64,000 bases of DNA from Verrucomicrobiota bacterium (GCA_049510745.1 JBEKYR010000008.1:1-64000); one strand, 5' to 3'. Positions 1 through 8,350 are shown, counted from the stretch's first letter. Translations and numbers: made by a program. The notes: generated by a model from the sequence alone, not told the origin.

Positions 1-1022
1 ATGCAGCGTTCCGCGCGTTTTGCTTCAAGTGCATCGGTTTCCACTATGCGCTGATAACGTTTGATCGCAAGATTCACGGCGGCTTCACTCCGCATCCCAG
101 CCATTTCCGCCAGCTCCCGTAGTGTCATACGCCCCTGGCTTCGCGCCAAACTCAACGCCAAGTCCCGCCCCCTGTCCCGATGCCTGTCGCGGAATTGCTC
201 CCACTTTTGGCCGCACGACTCTTCCACGACCCGCACCGTCTGATCCCATGTTGGCCGCGACCAATGCTTTTCCGCAATCCCTTTGACCCGGTCACCAACC
301 GCGTCCACTCCTTGAACTCGCGCCAACAATCTCTGGCTTCCAAGCACAAGGCCCTCCTTGAGGCTTTCCCATGGGGTCTTCTCCAAGCCTTGCACAATCG
401 CCTGCTCGACAAATCTGCGGTATCGCGCCCGCGCCTGCCCCTGAGGGCTCCGCCCCATTGACAGCACGCGCCCCGCCGTCAGCCAGGGCGCCGCCTTCGA
501 TGTGCCAATGTAAGCGCGATAGGAACTCCACCGGTAGCCTCGCAGCACCTCCAGACGCTCCTGAACCTGGCTCCGCAGAGGTTTTTCTCCAACCCCCAAG
601 CGGTCCGCTTGACGCTGGTCCTTGCCCAAGCCCAGCCGCGCCGTGCGCACCGGATTGAGGTGAATGTAGCGCGTCAACTCCCATCCCCAGCCTTCCGGTT
701 CGACAACAATCGATTTAAATCGACCTTGAAACAGATGGCCGACTCGTTGATGCCTTCGATTGAACCACGCTGCGTAACTGACGTTGAGCCACTGCAAGGC
801 CTCGCTCAAGTTCAGTTCCTGCAATTCCAGCAAAAGATGGTAATGATTACCCATCAGCACATACGCGTGAACGGCGACATGGAATTGTTCAACCATCCGC
901 CCGACCGTCTCACACCAATGGAGGCGGTCACGATCATCGCGGAAGATCGCCCGCCGCTCGTTGCCCCGGCTGGTGATGTGATACCAGCCGCCCGCCTGCT
1001 CGGATCGCAAAGGCCTGGCCAT
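1..1022 (-). CDS. REP-associated tyrosine transposase (RAYT, Y1 HUH) with C-terminal HTH; 3' end runs off the window
   Basis: Manual minus-strand translation from ATG 1022: MARPLRSEQAGGWYHITSRGN...HAYVLMGNHYHLLL (HUH)...GHLFQGRFKS...RYIHLNPVR (catalytic Tyr)...YRWSSY...MTLRELAEMAGMRSEAAVNLAIKR. Open to position 1, so absent from the ORF track. Confidence 0.93.
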   Translation of the reverse strand, partial: MARPLRSEQAGGWYHITSRGNERRAIFRDDRDRLHWCETVGRMVEQFHVAVHAYVLMGNHYHLLLELQELNLSEALQWLNVSYAAWFNRRHQRVGHLFQGRFKSIVVEPEGWGWELTRYIHLNPVRTARLGLGKDQRQADRLGVGEKPLRSQVQERLEVLRGYRWSSYRAYIGTSKAAPWLTAGRVLSMGRSPQGQARARYRRFVEQAIVQGLEKTPWESLKEGLVLGSQRLLARVQGVDAVGDRVKGIAEKHWSRPTWDQTVRVVEESCGQKWEQFRDRHRDRGRDLALSLARSQGRMTLRELAEMAGMRSEAAVNLAIKRYQRIVETDALEAKRAERC

Positions 1023-1029
1023 GATCCAA

Positions 1030-1058
1030 ATCCTATCCGGCACCCTGCCGCACGTCAA
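1030..1058 (-). promoter_or_regulatory. Sigma70-like promoter for a probably leaderless RAYT mRNA
   Basis: TTGACG-17 nt-TAGGAT, then 7 nt to ATG 1022. A second full copy lies inside the duplicated end at 1204-1305. Confidence 0.65.
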
Positions 1059-1063
1059 CTCAT

Positions 1064-1385
1064 TTGTTGAATGTATGAAGTTGACCCCAATGCTCGTCAC
1101 TTGAACAGACGCGCCAGTTTCGCCCAGGCTTGTTGGAACTGGCGCAGACCGCCGTCGCTCAATTGTTGAATGTATGAAGTTGACCCCAATGCTTTCAAGA
1201 ATGCGCCTGCTCGGATCGCAAAGGCCTGGCCATGATCCAAATCCTATCCGGCACCCTGCCGCACGTCAACTCATTTGTTGAATGTATGAAGTTGACCCCA
1301 ATGCTTTGATTGTTGACCCCAATGCTTTGCCCCAACTGCCGCACGTCAACTCAATTGTTGAATGTATGAAGTTGACCCCAATGCT
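1064..1385. repeat. Array of four copies of the 31-bp RAYT left-end motif TTGTTGAATGTATGAAGTTGACCCCAATGCT
   Basis: Exact copies at 1064-1094, 1163-1193, 1275-1305 and 1355-1385, plus a partial at ~1310-1326. Segment 1204-1305 duplicates 993-1094. Confidence 0.95.
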
Positions 1386-1583
1386 TTCCAATGCTTTCAA
1401 ATGCTCGTAAAAACTCGTAAAAACTAATGCTCGTAAAAAAAAAGTTCTGGACAGGGTTGGAGAATTCCAATATACTTCGTACCGAAAACAAAATGCCCAT
1501 GATGGAAATGGCGTTGCCGGCGCTTGGCTTTGCGCGGTGTTCTCGCCGCCAGAAGCCGATCAGGGGAGCTTGGAATACTGACT

Positions 1584-2450
1584 ATGCAAACGCTGAATTT
1601 AAATGACCTGAGGACCTCGGCAAAGGCCGATGAAAAAGCCTTTACCCTCATTGAACTGTTGGTGGTCATCGCCATCATCGCCATCCTGGCGGCTCTTTTG
1701 CTGCCGGCGTTGGCCAACGCCAAGAGGCAGACCCAAGGAATTGACTGCATGAGCAACCTCAAACAGTTATCCTTTGCCGCCATGAGTTTGTACACCGCTG
1801 ACAACAGGGGCTTTATGGCGCCCAACGGCAGTGAAAGCTTTCAACCGACGCTGGCCGAAGTCCTTGCCTATTTAAGTGGAACCGCAGGGAACACAGATCC
1901 GCAGTGGTGTCCGGGCCGGGAAGATGAAACGCAAATGTCCAGCAATGTGTTTATCATGGTGGGCCTCATTTACCCGTACGTCAAAACGGACAAGGTCTAT
2001 CTATGTCCGGCTGATAAAAGCACGGTCCCTGGCAGCAAACTGCCCAAGACCCGCAGCATGTCCATGAACGCTTTTATGTCCACCGCTCCGGAGAGCTTAG
2101 GCAACGTGGACACGTCAAAATGCCACATATATTACAAAGAAACGGATTTAACCATCGGCGGCGCCGCCAATCTCTGGCTCTTGATGGATGAGAATCCTTA
2201 CAGCATTAACGACGCATTCATGATCATCGACCCGACCAAGGGCGGTTGGATTGATTGGCCCGCGACTTACCACCTCAAAGCCAATGGCATCGCTTATGCC
2301 GATGGACACTGTTTGATCCACAAGTGGACCGACCCCCTCGTGTTGAACGACGACAAGGAGACCTCGAGTACTGGCGCTGTCAGCCCGCCCACTCCAGGCT
2401 ACCCGGACTTTCAGTGGATCAGCTCGCGCAGCACGGTGATGAGTCACTAA
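1584..2450 (+). CDS. Prepilin-type N-terminal cleavage/methylation protein (DUF1559 / H-X9-DG type)
   Basis: [29 protein letters not shown]...CMSNLKQL; C-terminal [13 protein letters not shown]. Confidence 0.92.
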   Translation: MQTLNLNDLRTSAKADEKAFTLIELLVVIAIIAILAALLLPALANAKRQTQGIDCMSNLKQLSFAAMSLYTADNRGFMAPNGSESFQPTLAEVLAYLSGTAGNTDPQWCPGREDETQMSSNVFIMVGLIYPYVKTDKVYLCPADKSTVPGSKLPKTRSMSMNAFMSTAPESLGNVDTSKCHIYYKETDLTIGGAANLWLLMDENPYSINDAFMIIDPTKGGWIDWPATYHLKANGIAYADGHCLIHKWTDPLVLNDDKETSSTGAVSPPTPGYPDFQWISSRSTVMSH

Positions 2451-2471
2451 CGAATTGGGGTCACTAACGAA

Positions 2472-2571
2472 TTGGGGTCAACCTCATACATTCAACATTT
2501 CGCCGATTTTGTTCAGCCGAGCGATGCAGCGTTCCGCGCGTTTTGCTTCAAGAGCGTCGGTTTCCACTATG
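2472..2571 (-). mobile_element. Isolated RAYT right-end fragment (terminal inverted repeat plus last ~29 codons)
   Basis: 2472-2497 is the reverse complement of the left-end motif (1 mismatch in 26). 2524-2571 matches window 1-48 with 2 synonymous differences. Encodes IVETDALEAKRAERCIARLNKIGEMLNV*. Confidence 0.9.
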
Positions 2572-2602
2572 GGAATCAAAATTGGGGTCAAATCTAAGAA
2601 TT

Positions 2603-2818
2603 CTACTGTTTGCTGGTCGTCATCCGCGTCGCGCCGCTTTGCTGGAAGACAATCTGCCCCACCAGCGGCGAATTGGCAAGATACGTGTAGGCCGCCGAAT
2701 TGGTGCCGTCCGAAACCGACGCCAGCCGCGAGGCGTTGTCGTAACCGTAAATGGCCTGGCAAAGCGCTGCCGAAGCGTTCCACAGCGCCAGATTGGTCCG
2801 GCGCAAATCGGAGTCGAA
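2603..2818 (-). pseudogene. Internal fragment of an RHS/YD-repeat protein
   Basis: FDSDLRRTNL...IYGYDNASRLASVSDGTNSAAYTYLANSPLVGQI resembles YD-repeat core sequence. No credible start; ends at a TGACCCC end motif. Confidence 0.7.
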
Positions 2819-2832
2819 CTTATCCTAAAGGA

Positions 2833-4215
2833 TCAGTCCTGCTTCCGCGAGCCGCCCGGCGCGCGGGGCAGCGGGGACGGCGCGTCCGCTGCTTCGTAAG
2901 CCATGACCGCCATGGCGGCGGCGCAGAGGCTCAGTTGGCGCGGGTCCAACTTGTCCATTGTGTCGGCGTCGGTGTGATGATACCAGAAATACTTCGTCTC
3001 ATCGTCCACCAAAGCCATCGTCGGAACGCCATCCTGCTCCAGTTGGGCCACGTCCGCTTCGCTGCCTTGGTCGAAGAATTTGTCCGTTCCAATCCCCGCC
3101 AGCGGCGCGGCCAGTTTTTGCGCGGCCCGACGGGCGGCAGCGGTCCCGACAAAGGAAAAGCCTTTCGGCTGGAAGGTGCCGCTGTCGGATTCGATGGCCA
3201 GGACGTGCCGGGATAATTCGCTTTTGTGCGCGCGCTCGTAGCCGCGCGCTCCCGCCAACCCATTCTCCTCGTTGGTCCAAAGGACGACGCGCACCGTGCG
3301 GCGGGGGCGCAATCCGAGTTGGTGCAGGAGGCGGACGGTTTCCCAGGCGCAGATGGCGCCGCCCCCGTCATCCATCGCGCCCTGGCCCACGTCCCAGGAA
3401 TCAATATGGCCGCTGACGATGACGATCTCGTCGGGCTTTTCGCGGCCGGCGATTTCGGCGACGACGTTGCGCGAGGGCGCATCCGGCAGCGTGGCCGCGC
3501 TCATGAGCAGCCGGACGACAATTCTCTCCCCGCGATCCTGCATGCGCTGCATCATTTCCGCGTCTTCGACGGTGATGGCGGCGTGGGGGATTTTGGGGAT
3601 GGAATTGCTGTAAGACATCCCGCCGGTGTGCGGCAATTGCAGGGAAAAGGGCGTCACCGAACGGATCAGGCTGGCGACCGCTCCGGCGCGGGCGGCCTCG
3701 ACCGCGCCCCGCACGCGAATGGCGACCGTTTCGTGGTACGTTGTAAACGGCGTGTTGAACACAACAATTTTGCCGGCGGCCTCGGAGGCGCGCCCCTTCA
3801 AATCGGCGAAGCTCTTGACGACCAACACCTCCGCTTCGATGCCTTCGGGCGGCGTGCCGATGCTGCCGCCCAAACCGAGCATCGGGAGCCGGCGCGGGCG
3901 CGGCAGAAGCATCCGGGCCGACTCCTCGCCCCGCACCCAATGCGGCACGGAAACCTCCTCGCCGTGGACGTTTTCCAGGCCGTCCATCTTCATTTCGGCG
4001 AGAATCCAATCAATGGCCGCTTCCAGGTTGGTCGTGCCGCTGAAGCGCGGCCCAAAAGTGTCGCACAGCCGGGCCAGCCGCTGCCAGGCGAAATCGGAGT
4101 TTGTGGCGGCGGCGATCAGCCGGGCCGGCGCGTCGTCCGCCACCGCCGGCCTGTCAAAGGTGGCGCAACTGGCCGCCAGGAGACAGGCGCAGCCGGGCAA
4201 AAAAAACCGCTTCAT
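2833..4215 (-). CDS. M28 family peptidase (carboxypeptidase Q-like), probable lipoprotein
   Basis: SGHIDSWDVGQGAMDDGGG, WTNEENG, IESD and YHHTDAD zinc-site motifs; PA domain; lipobox-like LAASC. Confidence 0.9.
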   Translation of the reverse strand: MKRFFLPGCACLLAASCATFDRPAVADDAPARLIAAATNSDFAWQRLARLCDTFGPRFSGTTNLEAAIDWILAEMKMDGLENVHGEEVSVPHWVRGEESARMLLPRPRRLPMLGLGGSIGTPPEGIEAEVLVVKSFADLKGRASEAAGKIVVFNTPFTTYHETVAIRVRGAVEAARAGAVASLIRSVTPFSLQLPHTGGMSYSNSIPKIPHAAITVEDAEMMQRMQDRGERIVVRLLMSAATLPDAPSRNVVAEIAGREKPDEIVIVSGHIDSWDVGQGAMDDGGGAICAWETVRLLHQLGLRPRRTVRVVLWTNEENGLAGARGYERAHKSELSRHVLAIESDSGTFQPKGFSFVGTAAARRAAQKLAAPLAGIGTDKFFDQGSEADVAQLEQDGVPTMALVDDETKYFWYHHTDADTMDKLDPRQLSLCAAAMAVMAYEAADAPSPLPRAPGGSRKQD

Positions 4216-4282
4216 CAGGCGTGTGCTTGCTGTTTGCACTGGATTATGCGCGTATAATTGCCGCAATGAGCAATTTCCTCAA

Positions 4283-5401
4283 ATGAAAAAGCGCCTGGTT
4301 CTCGGCATCATGTCGGGCACGAGCATTGACAGCGTCGATTACGCCCTCTGCCGGATTGACGGCCGGAGCGTCGTGCTGCGCGCGTTCTGGTCGGCCGATT
4401 TTCCGCCGGCGTTGCGCGAGACGTTGCGAGCCGCCGCGCGAGGCGAGTTGAAAAGCCATTTTCTGGCCCAGGCGCACCACGATTTGGGCCGGTTTTACGC
4501 CCGGCACGCCGTCCCGCCCCGGGGCCGCCGCCGCGAACGGCCGGAAGGGGCGGGCCTGCACGGCCAGACGGTCTTCCATCACCCTTCCCGCCGGGACCCC
4601 GCCACGCTGCAACTGGGCGAGGCGGCGTATCTGGCGGAGCGGTTGCGCGTGCCGGTGGTCAGCAATTTTCGCGCGGCGGACATGGCCGCCGGCGGACAGG
4701 GCGCGCCTTTGGCCACGATCTTCCATCAACTGGTTTTCGCCCGGCGCGGCGAGCACGTCTGTGTCAATAATTTGGGCGGCATCAGCAATGTCACCTCGCT
4801 CGATTGGCGGCGGGGCGCGCGCCCGCGCATCCTGGCCTTCGACACCGGCCCGGCCAACGTGCTGATCGACCTGGCCGCGCAACACGGGACGGGCGGGAAG
4901 CTGGCGATGGACAAGAACGGCCGCCGGGCCGCGCGCGGCACGCCGGACGAGAGCCTGCTGCGGCGCTGGCTGGAGCACGATTACTTCCGGCAAATGCCGC
5001 CGAAGAGCACGGGGCGGGAAATGTTTGGCGAGCCGTTTTTCGAAATGGCCCTGCGGCAAATGCGGCGGCTGGGGCCGTTTGACCAGGCGGCCACGCTGAC
5101 GGAGTTCACGGCCCGTTCCCTGGCGTTGAACTACCGGCTCCATCTGCCGTCCCTGCCGCGGCGGGTGATTCTGGCCGGGGGAGGAGCGTCCAATCCAGTT
5201 CTCGTGCGGGCGATTGCCCGTCAATTCCCGGAGCAGGAAGTGGACATTCGGACCAGCGAAAGCTTCGGCTGGCCGGTGCAAGCCATCGAACCGGCGGCGT
5301 TTGCGTTGCTGGCGTATTTGCGGATGGAGAACAAGCCGGGGAACCTGCCGCAAACGACCGGCGCGCGACGCCGCGTGCGGCTCGGGCAAGTGAGCCAGTG
5401 A
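4283..5401 (+). CDS. anmK: Anhydro-N-acetylmuramic acid kinase
   Basis: LGIMSGTSID, HGQTVFH, GGQGAPLA, NLGGISN, FDTGPAN, PPKSTGRE, GGGASN. Confidence 0.95.
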   Translation: MKKRLVLGIMSGTSIDSVDYALCRIDGRSVVLRAFWSADFPPALRETLRAAARGELKSHFLAQAHHDLGRFYARHAVPPRGRRRERPEGAGLHGQTVFHHPSRRDPATLQLGEAAYLAERLRVPVVSNFRAADMAAGGQGAPLATIFHQLVFARRGEHVCVNNLGGISNVTSLDWRRGARPRILAFDTGPANVLIDLAAQHGTGGKLAMDKNGRRAARGTPDESLLRRWLEHDYFRQMPPKSTGREMFGEPFFEMALRQMRRLGPFDQAATLTEFTARSLALNYRLHLPSLPRRVILAGGGASNPVLVRAIARQFPEQEVDIRTSESFGWPVQAIEPAAFALLAYLRMENKPGNLPQTTGARRRVRLGQVSQ

Positions 5402-5433
5402 AAACGAGGCGCCCGGCGGCGGTGGAAAAGATC

Positions 5434-5462
5434 TTGAAAAGGGGACGCGGCTCCGCCACAAT
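5434..5462 (+). promoter_or_regulatory. Putative promoter of tRNA-Pro
   Basis: TTGAAA-17 nt-CACAAT ending 16 nt upstream of the tRNA. Confidence 0.5.
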
Positions 5463-5478
5463 GCGGGTGGCCTCCGGT

Positions 5479-5555
5479 CGGGGCGTAGCGTAGCTTGGTA
5501 GCGCGTCTGAATGGGGTTCAGAAGGTCGTGAGTTCAAATCTCACCGCCCCGACCA
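5479..5555 (+). tRNA. tRNA-Pro(GGG)
   Basis: Acceptor stem CGGGGCG/CGCCCCG, D-arm AGCTTGGTAG, anticodon stem TCTGA/TCAGA with loop ATGGGGT, T-loop GTTCAAAT, encoded CCA; 77 nt. Confidence 0.97.
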
Positions 5556-5735
5556 TCTTTCCAGTTATTTCCTCTTTTTCGGAGCAATGCCATTCGCAGC
5601 GTTTCCGACCGGACAACCGCCAATGGCGCTTTGACGTTTCACCAACAACAGTCCCACCCCGAGGACATGGATGTCCACGTTCACAACCAACTGTGCTACT
5701 CCTCAATCTCGTCCTGGCTCAGACTCATTGACCAA

Positions 5736-6587
5736 CTACGGCAGGGGCCGCACGACTCGCACCGTGTAGAAGCATTGCGGCGCGGACACGTCCTCGAAGG
5801 TGCGTGTGGTGCGCGCGCCGTCGGGGGAGATCATTCCCAAGCCGCTGTCCGTCCACGGCCAAGCAAGGTTCGTGCTCTTCATGATGTAGTAACGGCGTGT
5901 CATGACACTGGTCCACGTCAGTTGCGTATTTGTTCCGCCACTAACAAAACTCCCGGCGGTGATGCAAAAGACGCTGTTGGAATCAGTGGGAGTGAGGCCG
6001 GCTTCGTAGTCGGCGCCAACGGACATCCCGCTGCCGGCCGGATCGGAGTTGGGATCAATGTTGGTCGTGCCGAAGTAGGTAAAGAGCCAGGGAATAGGCA
6101 GGCCGTTGGTGGACAGGGGGCCGGACAGAATATGGTCGGTCTGGACACTGGCCGAGGTGTTGCTCAGGCTGATCCAGCCGCAGTTTGCGCTCCAGACATA
6201 CCCGCTAAACTCGCCGGTGTCCAGGTTGATCGAGGGGGCCCCGTTGGTTTCGAAGGCGACCCAGCCGATGTTCGCGCCCCAGGCGTAACCGCCCAGGTTG
6301 CCGAAGCTATCGTTGTTGACGCCGAAGTCGCTGGCGGCCTGATTCTGGTGACGAATGCAGTTGGTCGGAGAACCGCTGCCAAGACAGATCCAGCCAATGT
6401 TGGCGGCGTAGATGTAACCGGAGCAGCAGTAATCATTGACCACGGCGCCGTTGGTGGTGTCACCGCTGCAGTCCATCCATCCGATGTTCGCGCCCCAGGC
6501 GTGGCAGTTGGTGGAATTAATGGTCGTGTCCGGCCACGCCGAGAAAAGGGAAGCTGTCAATATGAACAATGTAAGAAGACTTTTCAT
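5736..6587 (-). CDS. Secreted protein with four (A/Y)W(G/S)ANxGW repeats and a C-terminal beta domain
   Basis: Signal peptide; repeats HAWGANIGW, YIYAANIGW, YAWGANIGW, YVWSANCGW; tail LTW...Y...STNL..W...FYTVRV. Confidence 0.8.
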   Translation of the reverse strand: MKSLLTLFILTASLFSAWPDTTINSTNCHAWGANIGWMDCSGDTTNGAVVNDYCCSGYIYAANIGWICLGSGSPTNCIRHQNQAASDFGVNNDSFGNLGGYAWGANIGWVAFETNGAPSINLDTGEFSGYVWSANCGWISLSNTSASVQTDHILSGPLSTNGLPIPWLFTYFGTTNIDPNSDPAGSGMSVGADYEAGLTPTDSNSVFCITAGSFVSGGTNTQLTWTSVMTRRYYIMKSTNLAWPWTDSGLGMISPDGARTTRTFEDVSAPQCFYTVRVVRPLP

Positions 6588-6606
6588 AATTCAAAATCGC
6601 GGCTCC

Positions 6607-7869
6607 TTAATGTGCCGGGCCTGATCCGAGCTCGAAATTCGCCCACGGGTCGTTGACAATGAAGTTTATACCCGGCTGCAGGATCTCCGCGCATTGGCTG
6701 TAGGGAATCCCTGAATTGTTCATGTTCCAATCGTTTGCGTGTCCGTTGAGGGCCGCGTTGTTGCGAACCACCAAGTCGTAGCTGGACGCGGAGCAGTCAA
6801 CGGCCGACCAGTGGTTGCTGGTGAAGGAATTGCCGTCAATGCGGTTGTAACCGGTGTAGGCCATGAGGCCGTTGTGAAGGTTGGCGTCGCAGGTGTTGCC
6901 TACAGCCTGGCAACGCAACGTGACGCCAATCCCGTCGCGGCCATTGGCGCAGGCGGTGCAGTCCTTGACCATGCTGCCGTATTGCACAAGAATCCCGTCG
7001 GTCTGATTCGACCACACGGTGCAGCCAAGCACGGACCCGCCGTTGATCGTTTCAATCCCATCGTGGGCATTGCCGCAAGCGACACAGCCGCTGACACTGC
7101 TGCCATAGCCGACGAAGATGCCATCCCCCGGATTGGCTCCTGTGTTCACTGAAGCTTCGCAAGCACTTGCCAGTGAGTTGTCGCCGGTGAAAATACCCTT
7201 GTCCGTATTATTGTTGGCGACACAACCGGTGACCAAGGCGTTCTGGCCGGTCTTGATGCCTGGGCCGGAGTTGCCTTGCGCCACGCACGACCTGATCGCA
7301 CAGTGGTTGCCCGCCTGGATGCCATAGCTGGCGCCTACGGCGTAGCTGCAGTTGGACTGCACGACGCTATCGCGAATCTCCGAACCGTCGCCAATGTCCA
7401 AGCCGGTGCGGCCAACGGTGCTCACACGCAGGTCTTCCAGTTTGCTGTTGACCGCAAGCGGAGCAAAGACGCCTTCCCCAGACCATAATGTGATGGAGCC
7501 GTTGAGCACCTTCAGGTCCACCTGCGGCCCTGGCACGGCGATGGCGTGAGCCGTCCCCCCAACCTGCCCGGCCCCGATAATGGCGAATCCGCTAAGGTCG
7601 ATCGTAACGTGATCGGCCAAAACGGTAATCCCAGTCGCGAGCGCCGCGCCCGTGAGGTTTGTAGTGAGGTAATAGGAGCCGGGGCCGGTGATATTGGTTG
7701 GCAGCGCCGAGATCGGTGTCCGAGGTTCGACCTGCGCCAGGGTTTTCATGGTTGGCGCAGGCGCACCGGGCGGAGTCAAAGAGCCTTGGCCAAAGGCACC
7801 AGGCCCAAGCGCGATGATGAACAAAAGGCCACCCCTCAGAAGGGGGCGTCGGATTTGTTGTCTTCTCAT
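6607..7869 (-). CDS. Secreted right-handed parallel beta-helix protein
   Basis: Signal peptide, GSLTPPGAPAPTMKTLAQVEPRTPI N-terminus, many GI-x6-8-C-x3-N beta-helix turns. Confidence 0.85.
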   Translation of the reverse strand: MRRQQIRRPLLRGGLLFIIALGPGAFGQGSLTPPGAPAPTMKTLAQVEPRTPISALPTNITGPGSYYLTTNLTGAALATGITVLADHVTIDLSGFAIIGAGQVGGTAHAIAVPGPQVDLKVLNGSITLWSGEGVFAPLAVNSKLEDLRVSTVGRTGLDIGDGSEIRDSVVQSNCSYAVGASYGIQAGNHCAIRSCVAQGNSGPGIKTGQNALVTGCVANNNTDKGIFTGDNSLASACEASVNTGANPGDGIFVGYGSSVSGCVACGNAHDGIETINGGSVLGCTVWSNQTDGILVQYGSMVKDCTACANGRDGIGVTLRCQAVGNTCDANLHNGLMAYTGYNRIDGNSFTSNHWSAVDCSASSYDLVVRNNAALNGHANDWNMNNSGIPYSQCAEILQPGINFIVNDPWANFELGSGPAH

Positions 7870-7962
7870 GATATGCTCTCTCTTTCTTCTTGTAATTTAA
7901 TCCGATCTTGTCCTGGTTGAGCGGAAGAACGGACTTTTCCAGTTCACGTTTGATTCAGCACC

Positions 7963-7992
7963 AAAAGGCCCGGGGGTTCCTGCCCCCTGGCC
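7963..7992 (-). terminator. Terminator-like hairpin inside the 5' leader of the beta-helix gene
   Basis: Minus strand GGCC-A-GGGGG-CAGGAA-CCCCC-G-GGCC-TTTT, about 93 nt upstream of ATG 7869. Confidence 0.5.
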
Positions 7993-8299
7993 CCAGGTTT
8001 TTGAGGCATGGGCAGGCTCTGAAAATAGAGGTCTCCGGAAGGCCTTTTCGGGAAGGTGTTCGGCCCGCCCAAAAAGGGGGAGACGCTTCTTTTTCATCGC
8101 CCCATCCCGCTATCCCTCGGCGGATTGCCCTCCGGCAGCCCGCTTCTGTTTCACGGGATACCTGACTTTATCAGACCGCGCCCAATCTGGCAACGTTTAT
8201 TCGGCTGTCTCGGAACAGCGCGGGTTGCCTAAACTGTAGCGGAGCACGGCGATTTTTGGCGATGTGTCAAGATGATGAATTGTTCACTCTCGCAGGCTC

Positions 8300-8350
8300 T
8301 CTGAATGGGGGTTCAGAAGGTCCTCAGTTCAAATCTCACCGCCCCGACCA
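8300..8350 (+). repeat. Degenerate direct repeat of the 3' two-thirds of tRNA-Pro (attR-like)
   Basis: Matches 5506-5555 with one extra G in the anticodon loop and two substitutions; ends in CGCCCCGACCA. Confidence 0.9.

Noticed and set aside
61..1070. Plus-strand ORFs (e.g. 609-1070) and short minus-strand ORFs in the track
   Set aside because: They are antisense or off-frame shadows of the RAYT gene at 1022 to <1.
1064..1385. CRISPR array
   Set aside because: Spacers are unequal and mostly copies of the RAYT 5' end, the repeat is the inverted copy of the RAYT right end, and no cas genes are in the window.
1584..2450. Diversity-generating retroelement target
   Set aside because: No reverse transcriptase and no template/variable repeat pair with adenine-specific differences in the window.
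3626..4282. N-terminal extension of anmK
   Set aside because: It overlaps the divergent M28 peptidase; AnmK motifs begin at ATG 4283.
8300..8350. Second tRNA-Pro or frameshift-suppressor tRNA (extra G in the anticodon loop)
   Set aside because: The 5' acceptor strand and D-arm are missing and the T-stem is mismatched; it is an att-like repeat.
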